DNA from: Ptychomitrium polyphyllum
Lineage: Eukaryota
NCBI GenBank assembly: GCA_973851085.1
Contig: OZ316776.1
Location: forward strand, 2,728,001 to 2,792,000
Direction: 5' to 3'
DNA: 64,000 nucleotides
Shown: in pieces, positions 37,001 through 50,200 of the stretch
How positions within the stretch are numbered: the first letter of the stretch is position 1
Layout: every line of letters starts with the position of its first letter
Made by a program: the position numbers and the translations under genes
The notes under the pieces: model-generated
Told to the model about the DNA's origin: nothing
What the model saw: the letters and a program-made list of their open reading frames with translations, nothing else
Databases searched by the model: none

Positions 37001-40000
37001 CAGTCAAATATCCTGAAGACACCTGATGGAGGTTGTTTAGCGATTGTATTAAGAACAGGATTTGAGACCAGTCAAGGGAAACTTATGCGTACTATTCTCT
37101 TCTCGACAGAACGGGTACTGTCTATCTTTTCTAAAATTATGTTTGTGACAGATGTTTGACTACATCATTTGGCATACCCGTATCTCTTATACATTTCTTT
37201 TATATTTGTGAGCACAATCAATCTCTTCTTGTTTGGTGAGTGATGCCCGTTGTTACTGCAATTTGAGTTGTTTAGCAGTGCCCATTTTCACTGAGTTTCT
37301 TGTTACTCTCTATGCGTTGATGATGTTCCCTTTAGCAAAGAATGAGTTCTTAAAGGCATTTCAGATTTGTTTATGATTGAGTGATTAGTACTTTATAATC
37401 CATTCTTTCTTTCTTTTTTGATGATTTTTCTCCCCACTTCACTCAAAGACCATCATGGTTAGTTTTGACCATACATAACGTTTGTGTTCACAGGTAACTG
37501 CAAATAATTGGGAAAGTGGAGTTTTTATTCTCTTTCTGGTGTTTTTCGCTCTGATTGCTGCCGGTTATGTGTTGAAAAAGGTGATCATCCTACATTTCAG
37601 ACTGTTGGCAGTATATGATTATCGTTTTGACGACTTGGCTGTTATGTCCACTCTGAAAACAATAAACACTTGTGAAATGTAAGTTAGAGGATGAATTTGA
37701 AGAAAGAGAAATGAACACATAGTATTGGCGTTGGGGCTTTATAATCTCAATGATGAATTGGTCTTCCGATGTTCAATTCCTGCACACCAGGCTGTGTTTA
37801 GTGCTTTGAGAGATCCTGACTATGCTATTAAATTATATCTGCTTTGTGTAGGGTCTGGAAGATCCAACAAGGAGCAAGTATAAGTTGTTGCTGAATTGTT
37901 CTCTTATCATCACTTCAGTGATTCCTCCAGAATTGCCCATGGAGCTTTCTATTGCTGTTAACACATCCCTCATTGCTCTAGCTCGCAAAGGCATATATTG
38001 CACAGAGCCGTTCCGTATCCCATTTGGTGGCAAGGTTTGTGTTATTTGGTGGCAAGGTTTGTGTTATTTGAAGGCTTCGCCATATTAATAAGTAAATCTT
38101 GCGTCATTAGTGAGTTAATGCTTGATTATTGTAAAGGATTTGGAGTATGCCAAGAGATGCTTATTGCTAGTCCGCAGCTTAGATGTTCCACATGCAAGAA
38201 TTTTATGCTTAACTGATTACGCTGGGGTTATTGACAGGTTGATGTCTGCTGCTTTGACAAAACTGGTACTTTGACGAGTGATGACATGGTATTCACATTT
38301 AATTAGGCATAGAAGTTTCTTTTTGGCCACTTAAACTTAATTTTCTGTTTTGGCACCGCCATGTAAACAGATTAGCTGTGTATTTGAATATGTGTTTTAA
38401 TAGGAGAGCCACTGCTTTTGAATTACTGCAGTTAAGAACAGCACTGCCGCAGGTTTCGGATAGTGCCTGACATTGGACTGATATGATTGGAATCAGGAAT
38501 TTCGAGGAGTCGTTGGTGCTGATGGAAATTCAAATTTGGAGACTGAGCCGAACAAGTTGTTAGCTATAACTATGCAGATTCTGGCTGCGTGCCATGCTCT
38601 GGTTTTTGTAGATGGCAAAACTGTAAGCCCTCATCTATTTATCCATGTATCTACAATCTGCAGAACGAAAGGGCGTTTTGTTTGCTGTTTAGATTTATAA
38701 AGGCACGCCGGAAGTGAATAGTGTGTTTTAGATACGTGACATGTTATTGAAACATCGGCAGGTTGGTGACCCATTAGAGAAGGCAGCATTGAAAGGCATC
38801 GACTGGGCGTACACTGCTGATGAGAAGGCTGTTTCGCGCAAGTAAGTAAATGCGTTCGTCTAGCCTTTCCTTTTGATGGGGGGCCGGGGGGATTTCTGTT
38901 TTGGGAAAGTGTAGTATCGTTTTAATGTCCAAGGCAGCTGGGATGTGGAAGTAAAAATCTTGGATGTGCTTAGGGTTTGGTCACTTAGAGCTTTAGAGGT
39001 TAAGTAGAGATTAATACAGTACAGTTGACTCAAATCAGCTTGGGTTCTAGGGAGGATAGCCAGGCCAAATCTGATATTCAGAGAGAGCCTCTATGTAGGC
39101 TGCCGTTGGCGGGTCCTGCTTTCTCCTAAAACTACTTCTCTTCCGAATTAGAACCCCCTCACTCACAAATGTGTCGATAGATTCTTCAAGCTTGTTTGCA
39201 GCAATTGTCAAGCGTGTCAGTGAACAAGAACACTTGTTTAGTCAAAGTGGTTGTATTCGTCTTATTTAAAAGTTTACCAAGCTGACTCTTTTCCATCGTT
39301 ATGTGCAGAGGGGCAGGGCAGCCAGTTCAAATAATTCAGCGGCATCATTTTGCATCGCATTTGAAGCGAATGGCTGTTGTTGCTCGGACTAATGATAACT
39401 TTTTGGCTCTCGTTAAGGTAACTATTAAGCAGCCTGTCAAACGTGACGGTCTTCCATTTTCCTCAGAAACTCGATTTAAATTAAATTTGCAGCTGGCACC
39501 ATCTTTATTTCTAAGCAACCAAATATGTACTCTTTGTTGGATTGGGTTTGAAAAATTCTTAGTGCACCATGTTTTTAGGAATGTTCTCGGTGACGTCTTT
39601 TGTAGGAGTATCTCTCCTGCTTCGCCTAAGTGCTTTGTAAGGTTATGAGCATGGGTGTTTAGTTTATGATCTTCATCTTTTCATTCGCAGGGTGCTCCAG
39701 AAACAATACAGGAGAGGTTAGCCAATATTCCTGGTGACTATGTAGAAACGTATAAGCAGTATACTCGTCAAGGGGCTCGCGTTCTTGCTTTGGCATATAA
39801 ATTTCTAGACCCAGACATGGGGGTAAGTTCACATTTATTGCCTGTTGATCTACGATACTATTGGACTGATCACCATATACAAATGTTTTGTTATGCCTGA
39901 AATGAAAAGGTTTCAGAAAGCATGTTGGGGCTTGAGTAGAGTACCAAGGTTCAGTGAAAAGGCTGTTTTGATTCGTATGTGTGTTGAGTTCAATAATATT

Positions 40001-43000
40001 GATCTTTTATTAAAATTCCAGGTTGGTGAAGCCCGGAATTTGGATCGTGAAACTGTGGAGAGTGAGTTGACGTTCGCTGGGTTTGCAGTACGTTCCTGAA
40101 TCTATTCTACACTATTGAGAGTTCTTATTAAGGAATCTTATTGATTATCTTATGTCTGGGAGAAAGTGATTGGAGCGTTAGTTCGACGGAAGAGTAGTGA
40201 TCATTGTGCCCTGAATTTTGCTTTGTTATTCAGGTATTTGCATGCCCTTTACGTAACGATTCTGCAGAAGTTCTGAAGGAGCTCAAGGGTGCCTCGCATG
40301 ACCTGGTATATACTCTTTTTATATTGATAATCACGTGTGCCTGTTCATATTTTATTATCCTTTTCAAACCATGTCATATACCCATGTACCTACATCGTCA
40401 TTAATGATTTCAGTGTTCTTTGCTTCTGCAATAGTGACCGACTTCTCTAGAGCAGTCTGATTCTCTGGCGATAACTGCATATCACTTATTTGTATATTTG
40501 CTTTTCATTAATTTACATGGTTTGTTCATCAGATAGACTGCGTATGTCTACATATGGTAGTGACACCTGACAACGATTTTGCTTTTGTTGGGCTCAACAG
40601 GTGATGATTACTGGTGATCAGGCGTTAACAGCGTGCCATGTAGCAGCTCAAGTTCACATTGTTACTAGACCTGTGTTGATCTTAACTCAATGTCCTGGTG
40701 ATTCAGCAGGGCAGTTTGACTGGCTTTCACCTGATGAGAAACTGAAGATATCATACAAGTACGAACGCTTCCTTTTTATTTCTTTGATTGAGCTCGTTGA
40801 ACTACTATCTGGACGCCTGCTTCATTAAGCAACTTGGCTCGTTGCCAATTGCAATCTGTAATGACGATGGGTTTGGTTTGTGTTACAGCAAGGATGAGGT
40901 GTTGGAGGTAGCAGAAAGCCATGATTTTTGTGTTGCAGGTGATGGTCTTGGTATGCTACAGCGGACCAATGCTCTACAGCTAGTTGTTCCTCTCACCCAG
41001 GTCAGTGCCTTTTAGTTACCATACAATTAGAAATTTATTTAGCTTGCAAGACTAACAATCTTCGAATACATGGTTTGAAGGTGTGAAGCATTCATGCCCT
41101 CGGTCTAGAATTTCAGGCAGCTTCGCAAATAAAGTTTACGTTCAGAACTCGAAATATTTCATCTAAGGAAGTGATGCTCGTTCTTCAGGTATTTGCAAGA
41201 GTGGCTCCTGACCAGAAGGAGCTTATACTAACAACACTGAAAGCTGTGGGTCGTACAACTCTTATGTGTGGTGATGGTACCAACGATGTCGGAGCACTTA
41301 AGCAGGTGAGGGAGTTAGCCACACTTTCCCTTATTTTTGACAATTATGCAAGTATTAAAATATGGTACGTAACGATAATCGTTGAGAAGTAGCAGGCTGG
41401 CTGTCAACCAGATTGGTTGGGTGAACATTGACTGATTGTATTTGCCCTGTTGTCCAGGCTCATGCTGGCGTTGCGCTTCTGAATGCCATTCCTCCGGCAA
41501 AAGCCTCGAATGGGTCAGCAACTGACTCCCCAGTAGATTCAACGGGTGCAACGTCTACTCCAGGTATCGATCGCATTTATCAGCATTGTTACAGCTGGCG
41601 CATCTGCTGATGTCTCTAACCTAGAAAACGTGCTCCTATGAGCTCTGAGTAATTGCTTTTCAAAGTTGATCTTAGGAGCTTGTATTCTCCATTGCACATA
41701 GTGAATTTAACTGCAATTTTCTACCCAATTATTTTATAATCAGTATTTTCACAAACTATCCAGGAGATCAAACCACTGCATTACGATCGGAAGGCTGTGA
41801 AATAGTTAGTACAAAAGGTTATTAAATGTCGCCAGTCAATATTAATTAATTCGTCAATTTCATTGGATACAGCTATGAACGGCAAATCAAAGCGGAAGAG
41901 TGGGGTTTCAGGTTCTCAAGGACTTTCGGGTGCTGTCACCCCAACCGAAGGTGGAGCATCTTCGAAAGTGATCACCCTTGATTCAGATCAGCTTTCACCA
42001 AGTGGTCGACGACTCACCCCAGCTGAAGTCAAGAGGAAAGAGTTAAAGAGATTGATTGATGAGATGAATGAGGAGGGTGATGGAAGAGCTCCAGTGGTCA
42101 AGCTTGGAGATGCGTCTATGGCAGCTCCTTTTACTGCAAAACATTCTTCTGTGCGACCTACAACAGATATTATACGCCAAGGTCGTAGTACACTAGTAAC
42201 AACGTTGCAGATGTTCAAGATTTTGGGTTTAAATTGCTTGGCAACAGCATACGTTCTCAGTGTGATGTATCTCGATGGAGTGAAGCTCGGTGACATGCAG
42301 GTAGGTCTTTTCGCTTTGATTGCATTTTACATTAGTTTTTATGACTTTTATGTCTGGAATTTTCCAATATTGATGTGTTGGCTCTGAGTATATACAATCT
42401 TCTGTTACTAAGTTTGGGATTAAGAAATTTATGATGGTCTCTCCACTAAGCTATCCCGTCATCTCTATGATGCAGGCCACTATTAGCGGGCTTTTCACTG
42501 CAACATTTTTCTTATTCATTTCTCACGCTCGCCCTCTCGACACCTTATCAGCTCAACGACCACATCCAAACATATTCAGCCCTTATGTCATTCTTTCTCT
42601 GCTTGGTCAATTTGCGATCCATATCACATTTCTCATCTCAGCCGTGAAAGGTGCCCAGGTATTCATGCCAGACGAATGCGTAGAACCTGACTCGGAGTTT
42701 ACTCCTAATCTTGTCAATACAGTCTCGTACATGGCCAACATGATGATTCAGGTATATCTATCACTTTTAGAGGTGATATGTATTTCACATGAGTTTTGTG
42801 ATGTCCTTTGTTATTCCTTCTGGTGCACGATCCGCAAAATGCACCAAATTGCTAGTCTTTTTGGTGACACTCGGTCTTTCTTTAGCGTATTTGCAGACTA
42901 TTTTCTGTTGATTTCATGATATTCATGTCACTACTGCTCACGTATTGAAGAAGAATGTCATTTTTGTTTTCTGCGTCTGGATGATAATTCACGGTTTACG

Positions 43001-43342
43001 ATTTTGTTACAGGTGGCCACATTTGCTGTGAATTACATTGGTCATCCTTTTAACCAAAGTATTCGTGAGAACAAGGCTTTTTATTACGCCCTGAGCTCAG
43101 CAGGAATTTTCTTTACAGCCATTACATCAGATTTGTTTCGCAGCTTGAATGATTGGTTGAGATTGGTGCCTCTGCCAAAGCCCTTCGGGCATCAACTTTT
43201 ATTCATGGCATTTGGAATGATGATCAGTTGTTACGTTTGGGAACACACATTGCGGTGGCTATTTCCTGCAAAGATGCCTGTATCTCGGCCACGACAGCGC
43301 CGAAGACCTTCCAGGGCTTCAGGTGCCAAAAAGGTCCAGTAG
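34015..43342 (+). CDS. PDR2: P5A-type ATPase (PDR2/MIA, ATP13A1/Spf1 orthologue; ER transmembrane-helix dislocase); 24 exons
   Basis: Motifs [40 protein letters not shown] (P5A), [10 protein letters not shown] (phospho-Asp near 38257), [25 protein letters not shown] and [11 protein letters not shown]. All 24 exons join in frame through GT-AG introns. Confidence 0.96.
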
Positions 43343-44185
43343 ATAGTTACAGGTTATAGTGCACTATCAGGTAATTGCAGAGATTAGACGCCCACTTACG
43401 TTTTGTAGTAGTCATTGTTTTTTCACATTGTTCTAGTCACAGTTATACGTAATAAATCTGATCAATTCATTTGTAAACGATGACTATTCAGTCATTCAGA
43501 AATGACATGTAGAAACTCCGTGTGTAAAATACTTCAACAGCCGATCCCTTTTCTTGCAGGTCAAATCTTATTTTCTTATTTATCAGTGCAGGAAGTATTT
43601 GGTCTTGTTGACTCAGATCATGATACTTCGTGATCAGTGGAGTCCTCTTTTTCTATGGAACATGTTTTATACAGAATTGCTAGGACTTGGTACATATTTG
43701 ATCACCTCTGCTTGTACAGTTCTTACTGCTACGACCCAGAAGTTGAATTCTGGACTTATTTGGGTTCACTTAATCTGAAGGAAAGCTCTAACCTTTAGAT
43801 GACATTTTGAAGTTCCGCATTTATGTGTGCAGATGCCAACACTTCTCCACTGAGCAATTGGAGTTTGGTCTCTTTACGACAAGAAAATTTGAACGACTGC
43901 GCATTTTGTTCAACTTGCAGTTACAAGCCCCTGCCTCAGCCCAAGCATAAGTAAAACCCAAACCAGTAACAGCCTTCACATGGGAATGTATTTTTTCCAA
44001 GTTCCCTATCCTAGATTAATTGTGTGTTTGACTTCGATGTAGTTGCCCTCTCCGTCTCATACAAAATCTGGAGAAAAAAGGTACGTTGAACTTGTTGATC
44101 TAATCAGGATCAGCAACCCTACTTGAGTTGCAAAATTAGGGCTTCCGTCAGAATTTCGCTGTGTATGATGAGGCTGATTGCCTGG

Positions 44186-44888
44186 TTATTTTTTCTTATG
44201 GCGCTCCATATCAGGAAGCTCCTCCATGTTGTCGAACCAAGGGGCTTGATTTGTGTCCTGGTCCGTCTCGCTGCGCAAATACGATGCTCCACTGCCGGAA
44301 CTTTTCTTTCGGCTCTCTTGAGGTGCGGTGGTGACGCAGCCATGGTAGTATTCCGGGACATACACTCCTGTCATGGGGTCCGGCGTCCACCAGTCCTCGT
44401 CTCTGATCGAAGGGGGTGCTTTTACATTATTGAACTTCTTCGTCTGGCGCGCTTGTTTTTCCATGAAATCTTTTCTCCACTTGTCGCCTTTGGCGTGGGC
44501 AGAGCCATCGTTCTTCTCTGGTACGCGTGTTGACTGCAACCCCCCAGCACCGCGCTTGGTGTTAGTGCTCATGGCCGGTGGACTTGTGGCATCACTGTCA
44601 TGCCCATCGGGTGTTTCTGTTTTTAGTACAAGATTGACCTACATCTTAAACCATGCTCTGGATGCGGAGGACTGGAGAAGCTGCCTTATAGGAGTTACAA
44701 TTCAAATTAGGGTTTGGAGCTCGTACTAGTTTTGGCGACGGTTTCGATCGCAGGGTAACGAAGCAGCGTAATGTTTTAGAAGCGCACCGTTGGAGTTGAC
44801 AGTCTGCTTCTTCTGTGGGGCTCCCGAGTTCATTAATGTCGTGGAGCAGCGCAACCACCATCGCCCAGCTCCTTGCCGACAGCTCCAT
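44186..44888 (-). CDS. LEA_3 (LEA5/SAG21-like) family protein, probably 2 exons; start uncertain
   Basis: The W-motif WTPDPMTGVYVPE is typical of LEA_3 proteins. The frame is open upstream to a TAG acceptor near 44639, and a donor (CTA|GTACGA, ~44726) joins ORF 44646-44888 in frame. An alternative start is the ATG at 44572. Confidence 0.65.
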
Positions 44889-45410
44889 TGGCGACTTAGA
44901 GTTTGCACGAATCCATTCAAGCTTCCAGCGTTCATTCCCTTGTTCACCATTCGCATGAGCTATAATCTGTCACAGCTCGAGGGAGTTGGAAGACAGCTCT
45001 GAATTGGTCCAAGTACATGTCGCTCTATCATCTTCATACTGCATTTGCTCACACGAATTGTCTACCTTTGAATCTGCCACATTTCTGCAGAGCTGATTTC
45101 TCCCTCGAAAGGGCCTCATTGAGGACTCAGGAGGCGTGACTTTTGGATTTGAAGTTGACATCACAGAAATTAGCAAGATGCACTACTCTCAGCTCAAAGT
45201 TACCTACCCTTGACCCAGTGGCAAAGAAGCAGGATCGACGGTTACTTGCGAGATCCTCTTTAGACTTCCTTCACGAGGGATGCATTTCAAGGGCTTCGCA
45301 ATCAAGAGGTGCAGCTGCTGGTAGCTCATTATCGTACTTGCAGGAACCGTGTTGAAAGCAAGTAGCAGTACTCCAGCTGGTTAATCCATTTTGTCCTACA
45401 CATGCCGTAA

Positions 45411-45488
45411 TTCCGTTGCGCAAATTGTAACAACTTGCCTCGTGCAGCTTGCGATTCCGAGGCAGTTGTTACAATCTGTGCAACGGAA
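45411..45488 (+). repeat. Inverted repeat forming a pre-miRNA-like hairpin
   Basis: Arms 45411-45442 and 45458-45488 pair over 31 positions with one G:U and one mismatch, plus one bulged base. The loop is 15 nt. Confidence 0.85.
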
Positions 45489-45557
45489 CCTGAAGCTCTT
45501 AGATCATCCACAGATGACTATTCTAGGCAATACAAGTGTTACTTCTGTGCAGCAGCC

Positions 45558-46049
45558 ATGGCGCACCGGCTTCAGTTTCGTGTGACTGTATTGGTCTTGG
45601 TGACAGCCATCGCCATGACGACATCGACGTCGCCAGCGAACGCCGACTACTCATCAGGAGCATATGTGAACATTCTAAACGCCGGGTTTGATCCCATTCT
45701 GGTGCACTGCGAGTCCAAGGACTCGGACCTGGGTGCGTATCCGGTGGCGCCTGGCGCCAACTACTCGTGGGAGTTCAGCCCCAACATCTTCGGCATGACG
45801 CTCTACAGTTGTGAGTTTTTCTGGAAAACGTTCACGCAGAAGTTCCAGGTGTGGAAGGGCAGCTACTACGACAGTCGCCCACCATGCTCTATCACGGGCC
45901 CTTGCACCTACAAAGTGACGCCCGACGGGTTCTATTACGGTCTCCAGACGTACGAGGCCGCCTCCAACACCACTAGCGCCACCAACCAGCTTTGGGCGTT
46001 CTATCAGCCATGGCTTCCCCTCAACGCCTCCCAATTGTTTCCTCACTGA
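45558..46049 (+). CDS. S-protein homologue (SPH; plant self-incompatibility S1 family), secreted Cys-containing protein
   Basis: Signal peptide VTVLVLVTAIAM...ANA, then VNILN, LVHCESKDSDLG, YSWEFSPNIFGMTLYSCEFFW and C...CTYKVTPDGFY, matching the SPH consensus. No introns. Confidence 0.88.
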   Translation: MAHRLQFRVTVLVLVTAIAMTTSTSPANADYSSGAYVNILNAGFDPILVHCESKDSDLGAYPVAPGANYSWEFSPNIFGMTLYSCEFFWKTFTQKFQVWKGSYYDSRPPCSITGPCTYKVTPDGFYYGLQTYEAASNTTSATNQLWAFYQPWLPLNASQLFPH

Positions 46050-46766
46050 CGCATTCCTCACGCCTACATCCCCTACAACAGAGCTGGATTACTACACCGA
46101 AAGCTTCAGGATGTAAGTTATCATACCTCATCATGCGAGGGAGGCTACGGATCTTCTAAAGAAGCAAACTGCTGGCAAGATCTCTGTCTTGAGGAATATG
46201 GTGGTTTGGGTCCCACCATTTTTAAGCTAATAAAGAATTTGTGATTCGCAGTGCCTCGATTATGAACATCCGATGCTTTGGATCATGATTTCTTAGCGTA
46301 GAGATGTTGATCGTGGTCCTTCAGTGATGCAAGCGTTGGAAATGAATACGTCTAAGCTTCGTCCGAGTCGTGTGCTCACCAATCGATCTTGTCATGTCGG
46401 AGCGGTGGACTAAGCTTTGAGAGAATCTCTTCATTTCTCTTTTTCTATCTTTTCTCCTTTTCTTCCGACGTGTTTTTGTGTCAGAGAGACTCAGAGCGGC
46501 AATCCATTCCCCTGTTCGAGAATGCTTGATTTGGCCGGCTCTAGCTTGTTCGTTCCAGGAGAGGATTGAGCAAGAGTACAGTAGTTGCATTGGCAAATTG
46601 TTCGCGTTATGGTATTCGTGTTGTAGGGTTCTTGTAAATGATTGGTGGTGTTGTGGTGACCAACTTGTTGCGGACAATAGTTTGAAGACGGTATATTTGT
46701 GAATTAGACAGATTGTGGGCACAGGGATTGTGGGGTGCGTGGGGTGGAAAAGGGTTTGTTGTTACA

Positions 46767-49700
46767 ATGGTGGGTCGCAGGAGTGCCGCCAAATCGCTGC
46801 TCGGCATTGCGAATGCAGCTTCACGGCATCCGACTGCCTCGCCCAGCTTCAAGATTCCTGCTTCTCTTCCCGAGTTCGCGGCTCAGCAATCCCACTTTGC
46901 ATCCCGGAATGGTGCGTTGGCATGGTCGACGTTGTCCCAGTGCTTTCGAACAGGTGCAACAGGCTTCATACCGGCGCTCCGAGGCTCACTGGCGGCTTCA
47001 ACGTTGTCTCCATACAGAATTTGCACAGCGAGAGGATTATCAACAGCTGCGACCGCTCCGTTGCCGGCCCAATTTCCGTGGTATGGTCGCTATGTCGGTT
47101 ATTCGATTCTCTTAGGTGGTTCAGCCATTTTGACCTACTACTATTACCCGCATCCGCAGAAAGGTGCCAGAGCGTCTCGACCTGGCCTTCCTGCCGATGA
47201 GCACACCGTGAGCAACTGGAGTGGGACACATTCGGCCACGACTAGGGTATATGTGGAGCCCGAGAGCTTGGAGGAGCTGGAAGGTGTGGTGAAGCTTGCG
47301 CACGAGAAGGGCCAGCGGATTCGGCCCGTTGGGTCGGGGCTGTCGCCGAATGGGATCGGCTTAAGTGATGAAGGGATGATCAATCTGGCGTTGATGGACA
47401 AGGTCTTGAGTGTTGATAAGGAGACCAAAAGGGTGCGAGTGCAAGCAGGTGCACGGGTCGCTGAAGTCGTGGAAGCGTTGCGGCCCCAAGGCCTCACTCT
47501 GCAGAATTACGCCTCCATCCGGGAGCAGCAGATTGGAGGCTTCATACAGGTATATTTTATTTGTATCCCGTTCTCTGTGTTCCCCTGATTCACGCGCTTG
47601 GAACTTGAAATTTTGTATTGAGCTGAGAATTGTAACCTAAATTCTTGCACTTCTGAGAGAGATTGTCTTTCTTTTATGTTATTGTTCTTTGAGCTTGTTA
47701 TCGTCTCAACCTTATACTCTAAACCCTGAAGAGCTCAGACCTGTTTGGAGCATTATGTGATTGTAGACATACTATGCTCTAGACAAACTCTATGTCGATG
47801 TCAAGGCCAGTACTGGCAATAATAGTGTCTTGACGGACATTCTTGGGTGCTGGCTTGTTCGAAGTATTATTTATTCAACTATTTGATAATGCTCTTCTAC
47901 TGCTGGGCTTTTTATAAACAGATCATCACCAGAACTTGAATGCACCAAGGGATTGTTCAATGTCTTTCCTGGAGCATTGCTCAGTGTCACAAATCTAAAT
48001 AGGTAAGAATCTGGGCATGAGAGGCTTAAGGTTGTGCTGGTACTCTTTGGCAGGTTGGGGCTCATGGAACTGGAGCCAAAATCCCTCCGGTTGATGAGCA
48101 GGTCGTGAGTTTGAAGCTGGTCACTCCTGGCAGGGGAACTTTGGACCTATCACCTGAAGATGGAGAGTTGTTCTACCTTGCACGCTGCGGCTTGGGTGCT
48201 CTTGGTGTGGTTGCAGAAGTTGAACTTCAATGTGTACAAGCTCACAAGCTTCTGGAAACAACAATTGTCACCAACGCAAAGCAAGTGAAAAGAAATCACA
48301 AGTAAGAGTCTTAATTAAGCGGTGTATTAATATTGCACCCACAGGCTCAGTAATCGACTATTGATTGCTCTGTCAGTTATTAGTTGCCAGATTTGCAAGA
48401 AGCAACATGCTCCTCATGTTGATTCTGGTCAGCATGGGATACTAGTTAAATGAGATTTCAGCATGATGTGTCCATACAGGTTGACAACTTCTACAATTAC
48501 GCTAATTGATGTCCACTTTGAAATCGACTGCAGGAAATGGCTGCAAGAGAACCAGCATTTACGCTACATGTGGATCCCTAACACAGATACAGTAGTAGTG
48601 GTTCAATGTAATTCTCTGAAAGAGGGGCAGGTTCCTAAGGAGGTATCGCCGAAATATAGTAAGGAGGAGAGGTTGAAATCAGCACGGTCTTTATACAAAG
48701 AAATGGTTGCAAAATACTCGTGAGTGGCATTGTTTACTAGCTTGCCTATTTATTGACTTAGGTTTTCACGAAATAGCGGAAATGCCTTCTGTTTGCGGCC
48801 CTTGTTTTTCTTTCTACGAAGTAGGTAGTTATGTCTGCAAGGACGCAAACTGACGAATCCAACGTCCTAGTGATGACTTTGTGGATGAACTTTCGGCTTA
48901 ACGTCAATCATGTTATCGGTTGACAGGCCGTTACAGGAACCTCAGTCACATGATGTGCAAGGGACGACGAACCCACAAGCAGAGTGTGGGTTGTGGAGTG
49001 GAACTGCGGCAGGTAGCAGAGATCCCCTTGGACATCTCTCAGACGAAGAGCTGAATTCTTTATCGTTCACCGAACTTCGTGACAAGCTTCTTGGATTTAA
49101 CCCTCTCAACTCAGTCCTCGTCAACAAAGTGAGCTCTACTTTCTATGTTTTTATGTAAACGTTGGCACTTGACAAGATGAGAGTTAATGATATATTTCCT
49201 TGTTTCTCTGTTTTTTTATCATATATTTAGTCTTGATGGCAATCAGCTCGTTTCCGTTGTGCAGGTTAATCAAGTGGAGGCCGAGTACTGGAAGAAGAGT
49301 GAGGGTACCAGGGTGGGGTGGAGTGATGAGATTTTGGGCTTTGACTGCGGTGGTCAACAGTGGGTTTCTGAGACGTGCTTCCCAACTGGCACAATTCAAA
49401 AACCGGACATGCAAGATTTGAAGTATATCGAGCAAGTTATGAGCCTGATCAAGAGAGAGGACATACCTGCTCCATCCCCCATTGAACAACGGTGGACGGC
49501 CAGCAGTCGAAGCCATCTTAGCCCAGCTTTTGACTCATCTCCAGATAGCATTTACTCATGGGTGAGTTATATCCCAGTTTATCAGAATCATAAGAAAGCA
49601 AGGAAAAGCTTGTTAAATTCAATTTGTGATAACAGGCTAATTTTGCTGCTGAAATTTTTGGCTACTAGCGTGTCACGTTTTATAGGTACTATCTTAGCCT

Positions 49701-50200
49701 ACCAGTTTTCTTGTTAACCTATTTGGCATGTACCAGGTTGGTATTATTATGTATCTCCCAACGACTGATGAGAAACAGAGGAAAGCAATCACAGAGCGAT
49801 TCTTCGATTACCGGAAATCTACACAATACCAACTTTGGGATACGTATGGAGCACATGAGCATTGGGCCAAGATAGAGGTAAGTAATGACCTCACTAGTTC
49901 ATTTTGTATTTGTGAAGGCTGAATAGAAATCAGTGTACCCATTTATTCTAGAGCTGTGTCGATAAGTCTTTGCTCCTTGCGTTCTCACTATGAAAGAATT
50001 GACTATACTATAAACTAAAGGACCGTTTCAATCAGGTCCCTGAAGATGAGAGTTCGTTGGAATGGGTACGGGAACGGCTCCGGCATCGGTATTCTCTGGA
50101 GGGGTTTTACAGAGCCCGGGAGGAGCTCGACCCAAAGAGTATACTTGTAAATGATGTCATTAGCAAGCTCTTGCTGCAGAGACAGACAGAAGCCATTTGA
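46767..50200 (+). CDS. GLDH: Mitochondrial L-galactono-1,4-lactone dehydrogenase; 7 exons
   Basis: Mitochondrial presequence plus a TM segment, then HTVSNWSGTH, RPVGSGLSPNG (Leu at the non-covalent FAD position), NYASIREQQIGG, VGAHGTGA, GFDCGGQQWVSE, PIEQRW, HEHWAKIE and ELDPK. TGA at 50198-50200. Confidence 0.96.
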
